Below are positions 1-12,980 of a DNA stretch of 64,000 nucleotides, piece after piece (the first letter of the stretch is position 1; each line of letters starts with the position of its first letter). Below the pieces are notes generated by a model that worked only from the letters and a program-made list of their open reading frames with translations, ran no database searches and was not told where the DNA came from. Made by a program: the position numbers and the translations under genes. This DNA comes from Eledone cirrhosa (lineage: Eukaryota). The stretch covers positions 361,336,001-361,400,000 of the forward strand of contig OZ024740.1 of NCBI GenBank assembly GCA_964016885.1, written 5' to 3'.

Positions 1-318
1 AAGTTTGGTATATATTTTATCAATCGATTTTTTTTTTTTATTTTTTTTTTTTTATTTTTTTTTTTTACACTCAGAGAGAGAGAGAGGCTTCTATCTAGTT
101 TCTGCCTTCCAAATTCCACTCACAAGGCATTGGTCAATCAGAGGATATAGTATATGACATTTGCCCAAGGTGCTACTCAGTAGGACTGAATCCAGAACTA
201 TGGTTGTGAAGTGAACTTTTTAACCACAATGCTATGTCTGTATATAGATAACTTCAGAGTGACTTTTAATAAAGATACAGGTGGCCACCAATATCATGTA
301 TATTTTTTTATATATTCA

Positions 319-554
319 CTAGCAGATGTACCCGGCGTTGCTCGGGAAATGAATGACAGCCTGAATTGTTCAAGGTCGTTTATGGCTGAGCTAGTAATTT
401 CTGAGTGCATGTCAGCTAATTGGCTAGCCAATGAGAGGTCGCCTCAATAGCACGTGCCAAATCGGCCTAGTACTTCAAAAGTTAAAAGGAGCCTAGTATT
501 TGTACAAAGACAGACACACACACACACAGACCGACTTACTTTTATATATATAGA
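319..554 (-). mobile_element. Non-autonomous mini-Helitron (~236 bp)
   Basis: Minus strand starts A|TCTATATATATAAAA (554) and ends CCCGAGCAACGCCGGG hairpin + TACATCTG + CTAG|T (319). It sits between A and T with no TSD, the canonical Helitron termini. Confidence 0.8.
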
Positions 555-827
555 TGACACTTTATTTCACATTGCTCCAATTCACTCAGCTGGGGAAAAA
601 AATGAGTTGTAACTATAATTCAAAGGGCTGGTCATGTCACACTGAATCTCCCTGAGAACTACTTTAAAGTTATTTCTGTGGAATGCTCAACAACTTGCAT
701 GTTAATTTGATGTGCAGGCTGTTCAGTTGTTGAAATCAACTGGAACAGACAGTAGTCCAACACAAACAGGTATACTTTCACTGCTCTCAGATGAACCAGG
801 GATGGAAACTTTGGATTATAAATTTAA

Positions 828-1023
828 CCCTTTAGCATTTAAATTGGCTGTATCTGGTCAGAATTCTCTCACCTCTTTCTCTTCAAACCAGTTGTAACTG
901 GCTGCTTCTACTTATGTTAGGGTATTGTTCTCAAAATAAATATCAAAATCTCATAGATTCGATATGTGAGATAAAGGGTTATCTTGAAAATACAATAGTA
1001 AATATAATGTAAATGCTAAAGGG
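828..1023. mobile_element. piggyBac-type MITE
   Basis: TTAA|CCCTTTAGCATTTA...TAAATGCTAAAGGG|TTAA: 14-bp TIRs and TTAA TSD. Confidence 0.8.
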
Positions 1024-1765
1024 TTAAGTGAACTTTTTTTTTTTAATAGCATTAATGTCAGCATTCTCTCCCATTGTTTTGATACACCTGTATAAAACAT
1101 GGTGTGCAGCCTAGTGGTTAGGGTATTGGTCTCAGGTTGTGAGTTCCAGGCAGTGAATTGAGTCCTTTGGTAAACCACTTCATTTCACATTGCTTTAGTG
1201 GATTTAGCTGGAAAAAAAAAGATTCCCAGCAGTAGCTGGAGGTTAACCCTGTAATGGACTAGTGTCCTGTCAAACTAGGGGGCTTGTACTTTCTCATTTA
1301 ATGCCAGTGAAACCAGGATCATTTCCAGGCTGAGAACTTCTGGACTCAAGATATCAACCTGCCCAAAATCACCACTGATTCTATGAAACAAAACCAATCA
1401 TTTCAAGGGTACCTACTTAAATTAAAATCTTACAATGTTTGATATAAGAACCTTGTGTTATATTACTAATACCACTATGATATTCTGTAATGACTTAGCA
1501 GAAAATATCTAAAAATGAATTTGCTAATTCAAAATTTAATTCAAACATTTATACTAACTTTATTAGTGGAGAGATCTTTGTAAAGATTTGCAATTTTGGA
1601 GTAAAGATTTTAATTTGAATGTGATAGTGGTAGTGGTCTTTTACACTTTTCAAGGATATGTTATTATTGAAATAATAATTTTAATAAATCTCACCACATT
1701 CTGCCTTAATTAATTTAAATACAGTGTCTCAGAAACATGTTAATGAAAGGGTTAACTTGTTTTAA

Positions 1766-1915
<150 letters not shown>

Positions 1916-2009
1916 TAGACAGATTTGTTGTTTTTTCAGTTTCATCCTTTTCATACTAACCCACCTGAAATCACCCTTAGTTCTATGATACAAAAATTGC
2001 TTGTTTTAA

Positions 2010-2632
2010 CCCTTTTGTTACTGACCTGCCTAAGTCTGGCTCTGGTTCTATGAAACAAAACCATTCATTTTAAAGGATTCTTAAGATCTACCATAATATT
2101 AATAAATCCCTCAAAATTCTTCATTAATTAATTGTAGTAGTCTTGCTATTTCTTTTTTGTTGGTGTAATCTACTGCAATGGGGTGGCAATTGACAAAATC
2201 ACCATCTCTACATCATTTTTCTATGCTTGCATGGATTAGACAAAATGAAATATATCAGAAACCTCCAGTGAGGGATCAAACTTGTGACTTATTGATTACA
2301 AGACCAGCTCTCTAATTATTCAGCTATGGGGGCAACTTTTTACTATTTAGTTCAAGTACAAGCAAGAAAAAAAATGTCATTGTTGTTGTCAAGTAACTCC
2401 AGTCAGCTCTTTGTCTTAATTGTAGGACATGCCTCTGTTAAGTAAGTTGACACCAAATTGTCTTGTTACCATATTTTAAATAAAACACACTGCTAATAAT
2501 TTTTAAATAAGTTAGAAAATATTCAAGATTTTGGAAGGATTTAGTAATCTAATTAATGTTCTTGTTATTAAAGATGGTGTTTGGAACATAACAAAGGTTT
2601 TTAGAACTAGGGGCAGTTTGGTATCAAAAGGG
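2010..2632. mobile_element. piggyBac-type MITE (intronic)
   Basis: TTAA|CCCTTTTGTTAC...GTATCAAAAGGG|TTAA. Confidence 0.6.
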
Positions 2633-3244
2633 TTAAGGTTGATTTTGAAGCACTGAAATAGAGAAAGTATATGGATGTTTCTACTTGTGATCATAAGGTT
2701 GTGGGTTTGATTCCTGGAGTGAACGGTGCATTGTGGTCTTGTTCAAGATGCTTCATTTTATGCTGCTTTTCATATAAATTCAGTAAATCTATGAGATGCA
2801 ACCTCATGGAAAGCTAGCTAAACCTGTAACATGTTAGGACTGGAGTCTCTTGTCATTAAAACACTCAAGAAACCTCCTATGAGGTGCAACTAAACCTGCA
2901 TAGGTGTGAGCTGTAGATTTAATTTAATTTTTCATTTCACTGAAATAACCATAATATGCTGGCCTGGAAGTTCAGTAATATTTTCAGTCATAGCGATGGT
3001 TGTAACAGGAGCAATACTCTGGCTTGGTGAAAGTTCAGAGGTATTTTCAATCAAAGCGATGACATACTTTATTTCTTGCCAGTTTTCATATTTATCTTGT
3101 AACATCCTGTAAGGGTTTAGCAGAAAATATCTAAAAACAGATGTAATTCAAATGTTTATAGTTTCTTTATTTACTAGTGGACAAGTGATTGTGAAAATTT
3201 GCAGTAAACTAAAGATCTGTATACTTAATATGCTGCAGTCATAG

Positions 3245-3514
<270 letters not shown>

Positions 3515-4361
3515 TAAAGGGATTTAGTTCATTATATCAACACCACTACTTATTTTTTCAAGTCTGGTCCTTATTTTAATGAACTTTTTGTTGAACTGTT
3601 AAGTTATGGGACATCAGCAGTAAACAGAAATGGAGATACACACTCGTCAATTTGTCTGTCACAGTTTCTGTCTATTAAATTTCACTGACTAGGCATTGGT
3701 TTATCTGAGGCTATAGTAAGACACACCCAAGGTACCCCCCAGTGGGACTGAATCTGAAACCACATGGTTGTAAAGTGAACTCTTTAACCACACAGTAATG
3801 CCTATTCATTTAGTTTTTAATAGCTTTGTTGGTGTTATTGAGAGCAGGTTGAAATCTTGACCTTTTGAGGCCTTGTACTTTGTCAAACAATATTGTATAT
3901 CCAACAGAAAGGTCAGAAGTTCAATTCCTGACACCAGCATTAGATTGGGAACATATTCAAATCATTTAACTCTCAGTAGCAGTTTACTTAGCTGTGAGTA
4001 GCTGTACTCAAAGGTATGCCAGCTCTTTTCCTCAGCTCAGGATTCAATGTATCCTTTGTGGTTTCAAGGAGATTTGACTGCTGTTTCTAACTCAAAGTAG
4101 GTGTTGCTGGTAGTATAGTACACTGCAGGAGGCTGTTGAATTAAGTGAGTTCCCATTGGACACAAAACATGTAAAATAGTCTGTTTTCTTCAGAGAGGTA
4201 TTTATGTATTATTCAATTAATGTTACAGAAGCTACAGATAAACACCAACCTTATGAAAACATTGCCTAACTGACCAGCTACAGAGAAACTGTGTTCCAGA
4301 AAGGATTAGTTAGCTGACCACATACCATTTTAACTCGTCTGATTCAAACCAACATTATTAG

Positions 4362-4482
4362 TCTGAGTTCAAATGCCGCCATGGTTAATTTTGCCTGTCA
4401 TCCTTACGTGGTCGATAAAATAAAGTACCAGTAATGCACTGGACTAATTGCTGGCCTTGTGCTAAAAGTAGAAACAATTATT
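4362..4482 (+). mobile_element. SINE family A fragment (other copies ~6590-6796, 8725-8876, 8895-9072, 15843-15915(-), 23455-23641, 23655-23868, 27131-27252)
   Basis: Recurrent CTGAGTTCAAATCCCGCCGAGG (B-box-like GTTCAAATCC)...CATCCTTACGGGGTCGATAAAATAAAGTACCAGT...GTAGAAACAATTA. Confidence 0.8.
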
Positions 4483-4753
4483 AAGCTGATATCTGGAAAA
4501 AAATATTCTCATATAGAATTATAATGGCTAGTTTTAATTCATATACATGTATTTTAAAATGAGAGATTTTGTATCAGCACTGGGTGGGTTGATATGAAAA
4601 TGGTTTCTAAGGTTGGGAGAAGTTTACTGTTACACCAACATTAGTTTTTGTCCTTGTCACAGTCGAAGAGTATATATAAATACATATATATTTCTTTTTG
4701 ATGTGTATGTATGAATATAATTGTGAAATGAAGATATATAAATATATTTTTAG

Positions 4754-4921
<168 letters not shown>

Positions 4922-6259
4922 TAGGGAGAATGAGATCACTAAGTTACATTATACTTACTTGTACTTGTTGCCGTGTACTCAAGGTTGGTTGAGTTGGCTC
5001 CAACCAGTGCAGCTACAGTAGTCACTCATGCATGGTGATTACAGATGTCCTAACAGAAATACTGTCAGCCAATCATAATTCTAATAGTGGACACCATATA
5101 TGCTGGCTCCAACCATTGCATCCCTACCATTAAGAACAGAGGACACCAATGCTGGATGCCATATATGCAAGGATTAGATGTTAGTTCAAGATCCAATTTT
5201 GTCAATCCACACTTTTAGTTGTCTTCTTTGCTGTTTACACCTTTCTGTAGAGGGTCCCATGCAAGGCTGCATTGCAGATGAGTTCACCTAATTGTTGGAT
5301 AGAATTAATATGGTAGCTCTAGATTTGGTAACACTAGAACTGAGTTGCCACTGCCCTAAAAAGTGATTTGACATAGTCTATGTTAGCTGAACAAACTCCC
5401 TGCCATTTGTGTCATTAGGTGTGGTATTGCTAGAGCTGGACTGAGCTCCCATTGCCCCCCCAAAATTGCTCCATATGGTTTGTATAACATGATCACTTCT
5501 GCTGAACAAACTACCCCCTCATTCCTCATCATGGCACAGGCCTCACTAAGTAGGGTTGGCTGTGAAAGTTAAGATATGGTGCTATAACCTTCCAAACAGG
5601 TTGCCTAAAAATTTAATGTCTGCTCTGGGATCTGGCAACTACTGGTAATGCTGAGTCCTGAATCTGTCAGTAGCTTTATGTCCTTTATGAAATCCAAGAC
5701 ACGTCTTACCTAATATTCAGCAGCTACTGACCTCTTTAATGGAAATTTTCCCTCTTCCAAGATATTTAGAAGTTTTCTTTGTTGGCACTTTCACATACAG
5801 TCTGTTTCCTCTTTATTACTATCTCTGAGGTTGTCACAATGATGCAGTGAATGAGAATTAGAGGTCTGCTGTACATTTAACAATTTTGATAAACTATCCT
5901 TGGTTCTTATTTCAAAGTGTTTATATTTATCTGAAAACTTTCTATCATAATTTTATGTAAGAATCTAGTGATTTTCCAAATGACAGCTTAATAAATAGTC
6001 ATTTAATCTATTCCCTCCAAATTAATGGTAATGAAGGGGTTAATATTGCCAACTGATTCTTGAATGCTTGTTAGCATAGTTCACTGACATGTTTTTTGTA
6101 GGACAGCATTATCCAATGTCTCTATCTTTTTTTAAAGATTGAAATGTGTGTTTCTAGGGTGATCTGATTACAAAGCACAATGTTGATTGGTTAGGATGTA
6201 ACTGGAAGCATTTAACCTCTATAATTCAGCTATTTGTTTTTTTATTTATTTTATTTTAG

Positions 6260-6398
6260 GTTTTAAAAGTCGTGATAGTGTACCGAAGTTGGTTGATGAC
6301 TATATGAATAAAAAACTATTGCTGGATGAGTTTGTTTCTCATAAATTGAGTTTCAAGCAGGTCAATGAAGCATTTGACCTTATGCACAAGGGTGAGAG
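6260..6398 (+). CDS. ADH5: ADH class III exon
   Basis: tag|GT...GAGAG|gtaagt; [46 protein letters not shown]. Confidence 0.96.
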
Positions 6399-7621
6399 GT
6401 AAGTTCAGTCCATTTTGTTTTTCTATATTAATTTTGGAGTTGCACGGACTCAATTTGAAATTGCATTCAAATGTGGTTGACATTTTCATTATCATATTTC
6501 AAACATTGCCTATAAATGTTTAACTATTTTGAAAATAATCAAGCATTTGGAGAGATTTAGTTATGTAAATAACTTTCTCATTAAGTGGTGTGAGGTTGGT
6601 GGATTCGCAGTACTGATGGTGTCGGACAACATGCTTTGCGACCCTTTATGTTCTGAGTTCAAATCCCGCCGAGGTTAGCTTTGCCTTTCGTCCTTGCAGA
6701 GTTGATAAAATAAGCACCAGTAATGCACTGGGGTCGATGTAATCGAGTTTCCTCTTCCCCCAATTGTTGGCCTTATGCCTAAATCAGAAACCATTAAGCT
6801 GGTGTTTGGTGCATAACTTAATGATTCTTACTCAAAATTATGATGGAAGGTTTTAAAATATAAATACTTTCATTACCATATATCTAATGAAAAATTTGGA
6901 GGTATTTTGTTAAATGATTTTAATTAAAGTGGTAGTTCTAACAAAAACGTTTTTATATAAAATTATGTTGGCAGATTTTAATTTAAATGTGAACCTTTTA
7001 GATACATGGTTTTGCTCCAGAGAACCAGAGGCAGTTTTGGTCAAGTTGGTAATCAAATGGTTAAAATAAACAGCATTATATCAGAACCAGGAGCTGTTTG
7101 GAGCACAATTTAAAGATTCTTACATAAAACTATGATGGAAGGTTTTTAGATAAATATAAGCATTTTAAATAAACAGACTTGGGCAGTTCAGGTGATTTGG
7201 TATCAAGAGTTAAAATATATAGTTATATTCACTTTTGTTTTACTGTTGAAGAACGTGTTGTACATCTAGTCAGTTTCCTTCAATTGATATCAAATTAACA
7301 TTTACAATGTAAGGTTGTTTGCCCAAGCCTTTCTCTACTGCAGCTGCCTTGAAATTCCTTGCATTCATGTCCACACCAATGCAATTTTCTCTTTTGCACT
7401 GCATATAATTCCCCTTATGCTCAGTTTTTCCTTCAACTTTTCATTGTTCATGCTCACTAACGTTACAGATGCAGCAGAGCATGCTAGCTTTTGTACACCC
7501 ATATCACTTCTCTTTACTCAGAAGAGAATTCCTTTGTTGCCAACAAAGGTAATAATAGCTCCTTAAACTTCTGTTGTCTTGATATTATTGACATTGACCT
7601 GACATTTTCTTTTTCTTTCAG

Positions 7622-7655
7622 TATCCGTTCTGTGTTAGACATCAATCAGTGCTGA
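7622..7655 (+). CDS. ADH5: ADH class III terminal coding exon
   Basis: Polypyrimidine tract + cag|T ATC CGT...TGC TGA gives (S)IRSVLDINQC*; AATAAA at 7758-7763. Confidence 0.92.
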
Positions 7656-8668
7656 TATTAAAAGTTGAAAATATTTGCGAAAAGTTGCCCTCGTTAAAGT
7701 CTTCAATGTGGATCTACCTGGTTTCTAGGGTAACCAAAATATTCCCTAACTTCATTCAATAAAAATATTATTTCTCTGATATGGTTTTTTTTATTTTTTT
7801 TTTATAAAAAAAAAAAAAATCATTATCAATATTTGAAAATTGTAGCAATCAGGTTCCTGCTATTCTGATTTGAAATCGTTTAATTAGTGGTCTCTCATTT
7901 GCACGTAAGTTTAACTGGCATCTCAGAAGTACTTTCTCTTGGGTGTGTTAATAATTGGAGGTCCCACTCTTATCAAGATACCATTTATCTATTGTGAGGA
8001 GGTAGGATTTAAACACAGAATGTACTGCCAATCCACCAATTTGGCCTGCACTTTATTTATCAATCCCAAATGTACAGAAGTCAAATTTTCCTCAGTAGTA
8101 TTTGAACTAAGAACAGAGAGACAAAAAAAAAAAAAAAAAAAAAAGAATTCTACTAGATGTGACGGCGTCCGGTAGATAGTACTAGCAATTGAAGAATTGT
8201 TTCTTTGGTCTGATCTGACGAGTTCCGCCCAACTCGGTAAGCAAATGAAGTCTTGAGATATTGTCGATTTAAATAAATTATTTTAATATTATTCACGTCA
8301 TTGAAGGGGGGGGGGGGGGTAACTCTAAAATCAAACCAACAATATCTTTTAACGTTCATTTTCCACTCATGGGTGAAACATGTCAAGTTGAAATAATTCA
8401 AGTCAGATCACATCTTGCTCATACGGATATGAATTTTGGCTTGGTCTCTATGACTGAATGATTTTTGTCGTCATCAGCACAGAGATTTGGAGGGAGCACG
8501 TCCAGTTTTCCATACTTGTATGCAGGAGAGGTATCTTCAGAGTGTGGATGGCAGGAAGTACGAGTGGGGTATTGGGAGGGGTAGAGAGACGACTAGCATG
8601 GGGCTAGTGTCCTCTACTGGCTTGTTTCATCTTGTGCATATAGGAAGGCAAGCCTGTATCATCTTTAA

Positions 8669-10016
8669 CCCTTTAGCATTCGCATTAATTTTCAAACGTC
8701 ATGTTTATCTGTTCGCATTATTTTAGGGTCGGACGCCATGCTTTCCAGCAGTTACGTTCCTTTACGATCTGAGTTCAAATCCCGCCGAGGTTGACTCATC
8801 CTTACGGGGTCGATAAAATAAAGTACCAGTAATGCACTGGGTAATTGCTGGCATTGTGCCTAAAGTAGAAACAATTAATTTGAGTTAATCATGATGGTGG
8901 TGGATTGGCAGTATCGGTAGAGGGTCGGACGCTATGCTTTGATGCATAGTTATGGCTCTTGCCATTCTGAGTTCGAATCCCGCCGGTTAACTTTGCTTTT
9001 CATCCTTATGGGGTCGATAAAATAAAGTACCAGTAATTGCTGGCCTTGTGCCAAAAAGTAGAAACAATTATTTTGAGTTAATCATACTCAAGAAAGTTAT
9101 CAATTTTATTTGTTTGTAATTTTCTATGTGCAGTCTTGAAATTTTGTCAGGTGTTTAAATATCAATAATTTACAATTATATAATTTTACCTGATTTTTTT
9201 TTGGTTAAATTTAACTTTTATGGGCAGGTGAAATTAATTAATAGGGGCATTTGAATTATCAACCAGGTGCAAATACTGGTTTAATTTTAAATACGTTGTT
9301 TTTGGCATAATATTTGATATATAAGGATCACTAAACCTTATATCAGTGTTCCAGTAATTCCAGTCTTGGAAATTGTTTTATACCAAACATAATATTTACG
9401 GTAAAAAATGCTTGCATTTCCGCAGCATCTGTCGGTCACCAAACAGGGTTTTCCTCGATTTGATATCTGTTGTTGGGCATATCAATTAATCTCTTCTGCC
9501 ACAACTTCGAAGAAAGTTTGTGGTAAAAACAAAAATAAATAATCCAGTGCTTTAGCATTAGGAGCTAATGTGTGTTGTGGACCAGATATTGGTGTGGTAT
9601 TTTTCAACCACGTTGCTGTAATAATTTCAATGGCAGCCTGGAGATCTTCGTTTTCACTTTCAAAACAACAATCATCGTCAGATGAAATTTCAGAAATGTA
9701 AACATGATTCATTTGAAGATAAATCACTAATATTATCTTTTGTTTCTTGTTCATTCTGAATGTCATCATGTGTAAAACCTTCAAAATCGGTATCGCTACT
9801 TTTATAAGCCATGTTGATACAAAAAAAAACAAAAAAAAAACACGTTTTAAGTTGTTTCACTATATTAAGTGTTAATTTTTGCGGTAAGGGTCGAATTGAC
9901 GAGATTTTGATGATGGTTTGTTTATTTTTAGAACAATTTTTTTTTAGTGTGGGTGTTATCGGGCGATTTGAACAAATGAAGGGGAAATAATTTTGGGCAG
10001 TTTGAACACTAAAGGG
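8669..10016 (-). mobile_element. piggyBac deletion derivative with degenerate transposase N-terminus and nested SINEs
   Basis: Ends CCCTTTAGCATTC (8669, after TTAA) and GAACACTAAAGGG (10016, before TTCA). The minus strand encodes an acidic N-terminus and GPQHTLAPNAKALDYLFLFLPQTFFEVVAEEIN*YAQQ, resembling a piggyBac transposase. Confidence 0.65.
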
Positions 10017-10832
10017 TTCAGCTTTTACCACTTCATCCCAAATTCAAATAAAACGATTGCATTAAACTAACATTTTTGAAGGCAGTGTGTAGCACATTGC
10101 ATATGAATGATGACAGGGGAGAGAAAATCTTGAGCAGACAACTATACATTGTCAGTTTGGTATAAATCAAAGGAATCTAGGAAGTACAACACTTTCCGAC
10201 AACAGTATATAACAGCATTTGTGTATTTTAAATCTTGATATATTACCCCTGGTTCTATGATACAATGCTGTTTATTTTAACCATTTTAATACTAACTTGC
10301 CCCAAACCACCTATTTAATAATCCAATGACAGGCCCTTAAAGTTATAGTTTGCACCAACCACGAATACCTATATAAGAGATGATCGAGTTTAGGATTCTT
10401 TTATTTATTAGGCTGCTGGAATAGGACAGGTCTGTGGCTAATGTTTAAAATATTACAGGAACACATCAACCCACCTTGACATAAAAAGAAAAATCCCAAG
10501 AGGTAAAGTATATTAAACTAGCACACACCAATTGAGTCACGACAGCCAATCTTGCAACATAAAATATTCTTTATTGTTATTTTAAAATCTCATAGTACAC
10601 AATTGAATAATATAGAATATAAGGGGTGAGATGGGGAAGAAAGAAAAAGAAAAGCAACAGGTATAATGTTAGAAAAGTACATTAATAGTGGTATAAATTA
10701 AGTAAACCGTTACCAAAAGTGAAAATAAAAATAGAATGGTCCGCTACATATATGCCATGGTTACTAATTTATCTAGGAAAGGAAAGTTTTACATAAATAA
10801 TAAAAACCAAACTATTGTACTCTTAGCTGTTT

Positions 10833-11683
10833 CTAGCACACGGGGCAGGATGCAGTGGTCGATGATAGCAAGCGATTCGGAGATGATTTCAGTCTTGCTT
10901 TCTTCACTTCCTCCATCAAGTTGGCCATATACCGGATCTCTCTTTGCAGATCTTCAACCTTTTCTTTTAATTTTGCATTTTCTGCCAACAGTTCTTCCTC
11001 TTCATTTAATCTTGTCTTAACTTCAGCTTTCATCTTCTGCCGATATCGGATGGCAGCATTCTTGTTCTGGAGCTTCTTCTTATCTTTCTTGCTGAGTTGC
11101 TGCTCTACCCCTGCAGTGCCATTGCATGGCGATGATGGTGATGGTGAAGATGATGCTGGTTCGGTACTTTTGCTTGAGTCATATGGACTATAGTTGTTGT
11201 TCTTTGTATGGCACGACTTAGATCGCTTAGCTTTTCCTTGAAATTTCTCTGGCTTTATGTGTGGAGTATTTGAGAACGATAAGGGAGAGCCAGGCTGAGA
11301 TGAGAAGCTACTTGAAGGAGAACTAATATCAAAATTAGATGAGTCAAGACCTGATGGGCTGCTAGCTGAGGATGAAAATGCATCTAAGCTGTCACTTTCA
11401 CACTTCAGCAATTGCACATCGAGTACTTGTGACTCTTCTGTTGCTATGCCAGTATTAAGTATGCTTTCTAAATCATTACATGATAATGGTGAAGACATAA
11501 GTACGTCACAGCGTTGGTAATCAAAGGGTGGAAATGTATTCATACCCTGGTCCAATGGAAAAGAGTCAAGGAAAGCATCACCAATAGAAAACATATTTCT
11601 ACCACTGTCATCGCCAACAGAGGCAGCAAATTCAGAGTGTAAAGTTTCTTTATTGGTGTGTGTTTCATCACAAAGAAATGTAT
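10833..11683 (-). CDS. ATF4: ATF4/CREB2-type bZIP transcription factor, last coding exon
   Basis: tttacag|AT acceptor; Ser-rich region, then KKDKKKLQNKNAAIRYRQKMKAE...LLAENAKLKEKVEDLQREIRYMANLMEEV (ATF4/5 basic region and zipper); AATAAA(-) at 10570-10575. Confidence 0.93.
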
Positions 11684-12808
11684 CTGTAAAGAGAGAGAAA
11701 AGAGGTGTTTGAGTGCATATGTGTTATGGAGAATAAAAAAGTATTTTTATTCATAATTGGAGAGGTGTTGGACAACTAATCATATAGTAATGAACAGAAT
11801 CACTACTGATGTCTCTATGAATAATACCTACCTTTGTTCAAGAAACTTGTAACTCAGCACACCAAGCAGAATTTTGGGTTTTCTGCATTAGGGATTTTAA
11901 CTAAACTATGTTCTTCATTTAACAGTTATAACATTTTGTTATAGGTGGTACATTAACTCTTTATTGAATGTACCAGAAACCCTATTAAGAATTTTGAGGG
12001 TTTTACTAAAATCATCATTTCATTACTAAGATATTAACATGGTTCTTATGTTGGAAGATTTTGATTTAAATGAGTGGTTTTGTTTCACAGAACCAAAGCC
12101 AGTTTTAACTCAGTTGATATCAAAAGGGTTAATATGCAACAAATGCTGACAATTCTCATGCCAAATCCAACTGTGTGTAATCACTCAACAGAAATATTCA
12201 ACATCTCGATCTCACTGTAGGTAAATTATAAATTATTATCACAGAGTGAACATGCCTTCTTGCTCATTACAACTAAGCAGTTAAACAGTTCTCTGAATGT
12301 AGTCAGTCTTCAAAGTTAGAGAACTATGGAGGGGGAAAACAGTGATGCTACATCTGGGGTTTTCTGAGCTAAGTTCAATCTTGCACATATTTGGTATTAA
12401 TTTTTCTCTCTAGATTATTCTTGCTGTATAGAAATTCGAGAAGTCATCATTGTCCGTTTTCTGTGCTGGCAAAGTTTGGATGCAATTTCGGTGGAGAATG
12501 TGGGAAAATTCATTTGAATAAAAGTAACCTTTGCTATATGAAAAGGTTGGGAACCACTGGTCTCCTCAGTCGATCAACTTTCGTCAAATCGGACTGAAGA
12601 AACAATGTTTCTATTGGTCTTTCCAATTGCTAGTACTATCTGTTGGTCTCAACTCCAGGTAGAAGGAGCAACATGAAATAAAGTGTCTTGCTCAAGGACA
12701 TAATGCATCGCCCCCGGTCTGGGAATCAAATTCACAACCTCACGATTATGAATCCAATTCTCTAACCACTCAGTCACGTGCCTTCACAACTGGTCTAAAA
12801 GAACTTAC

Positions 12809-12980
12809 CTAAGTTAATCACCGTTTCTTTAAGAAAGGATGTTGGATCTGACAAAGAATCAGCAAAAGTACCGATGTCCATTAAGTCACCTTTCGTTGGA
12901 TACATGTCCGGTTTTTCTGCGGCCCACGAGACGAGTCCGGAATCGTTCAGTTCCATATCCATGCTTCTCTCTGTTATCAT
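12809..12980 (-). CDS. ATF4: ATF4 first coding segment (exon 2 spans 12809-13033); full CDS ~340 aa
   Basis: ttgcag| acceptor at 13033; MITERSMDMELNDSGLVSW...TVINL G|gtaagt. The phase-1 junction joins in frame to exon 3 (172+851=1023 nt). Confidence 0.85.

Noticed and set aside
6600-6672. tRNA gene (GTTCAAATCC B-box)
   Set aside because: Head of a multi-copy SINE with no cloverleaf.
10855-11193. 112-aa + strand ORF
   Set aside because: Antisense shadow of the ATF4 exon.
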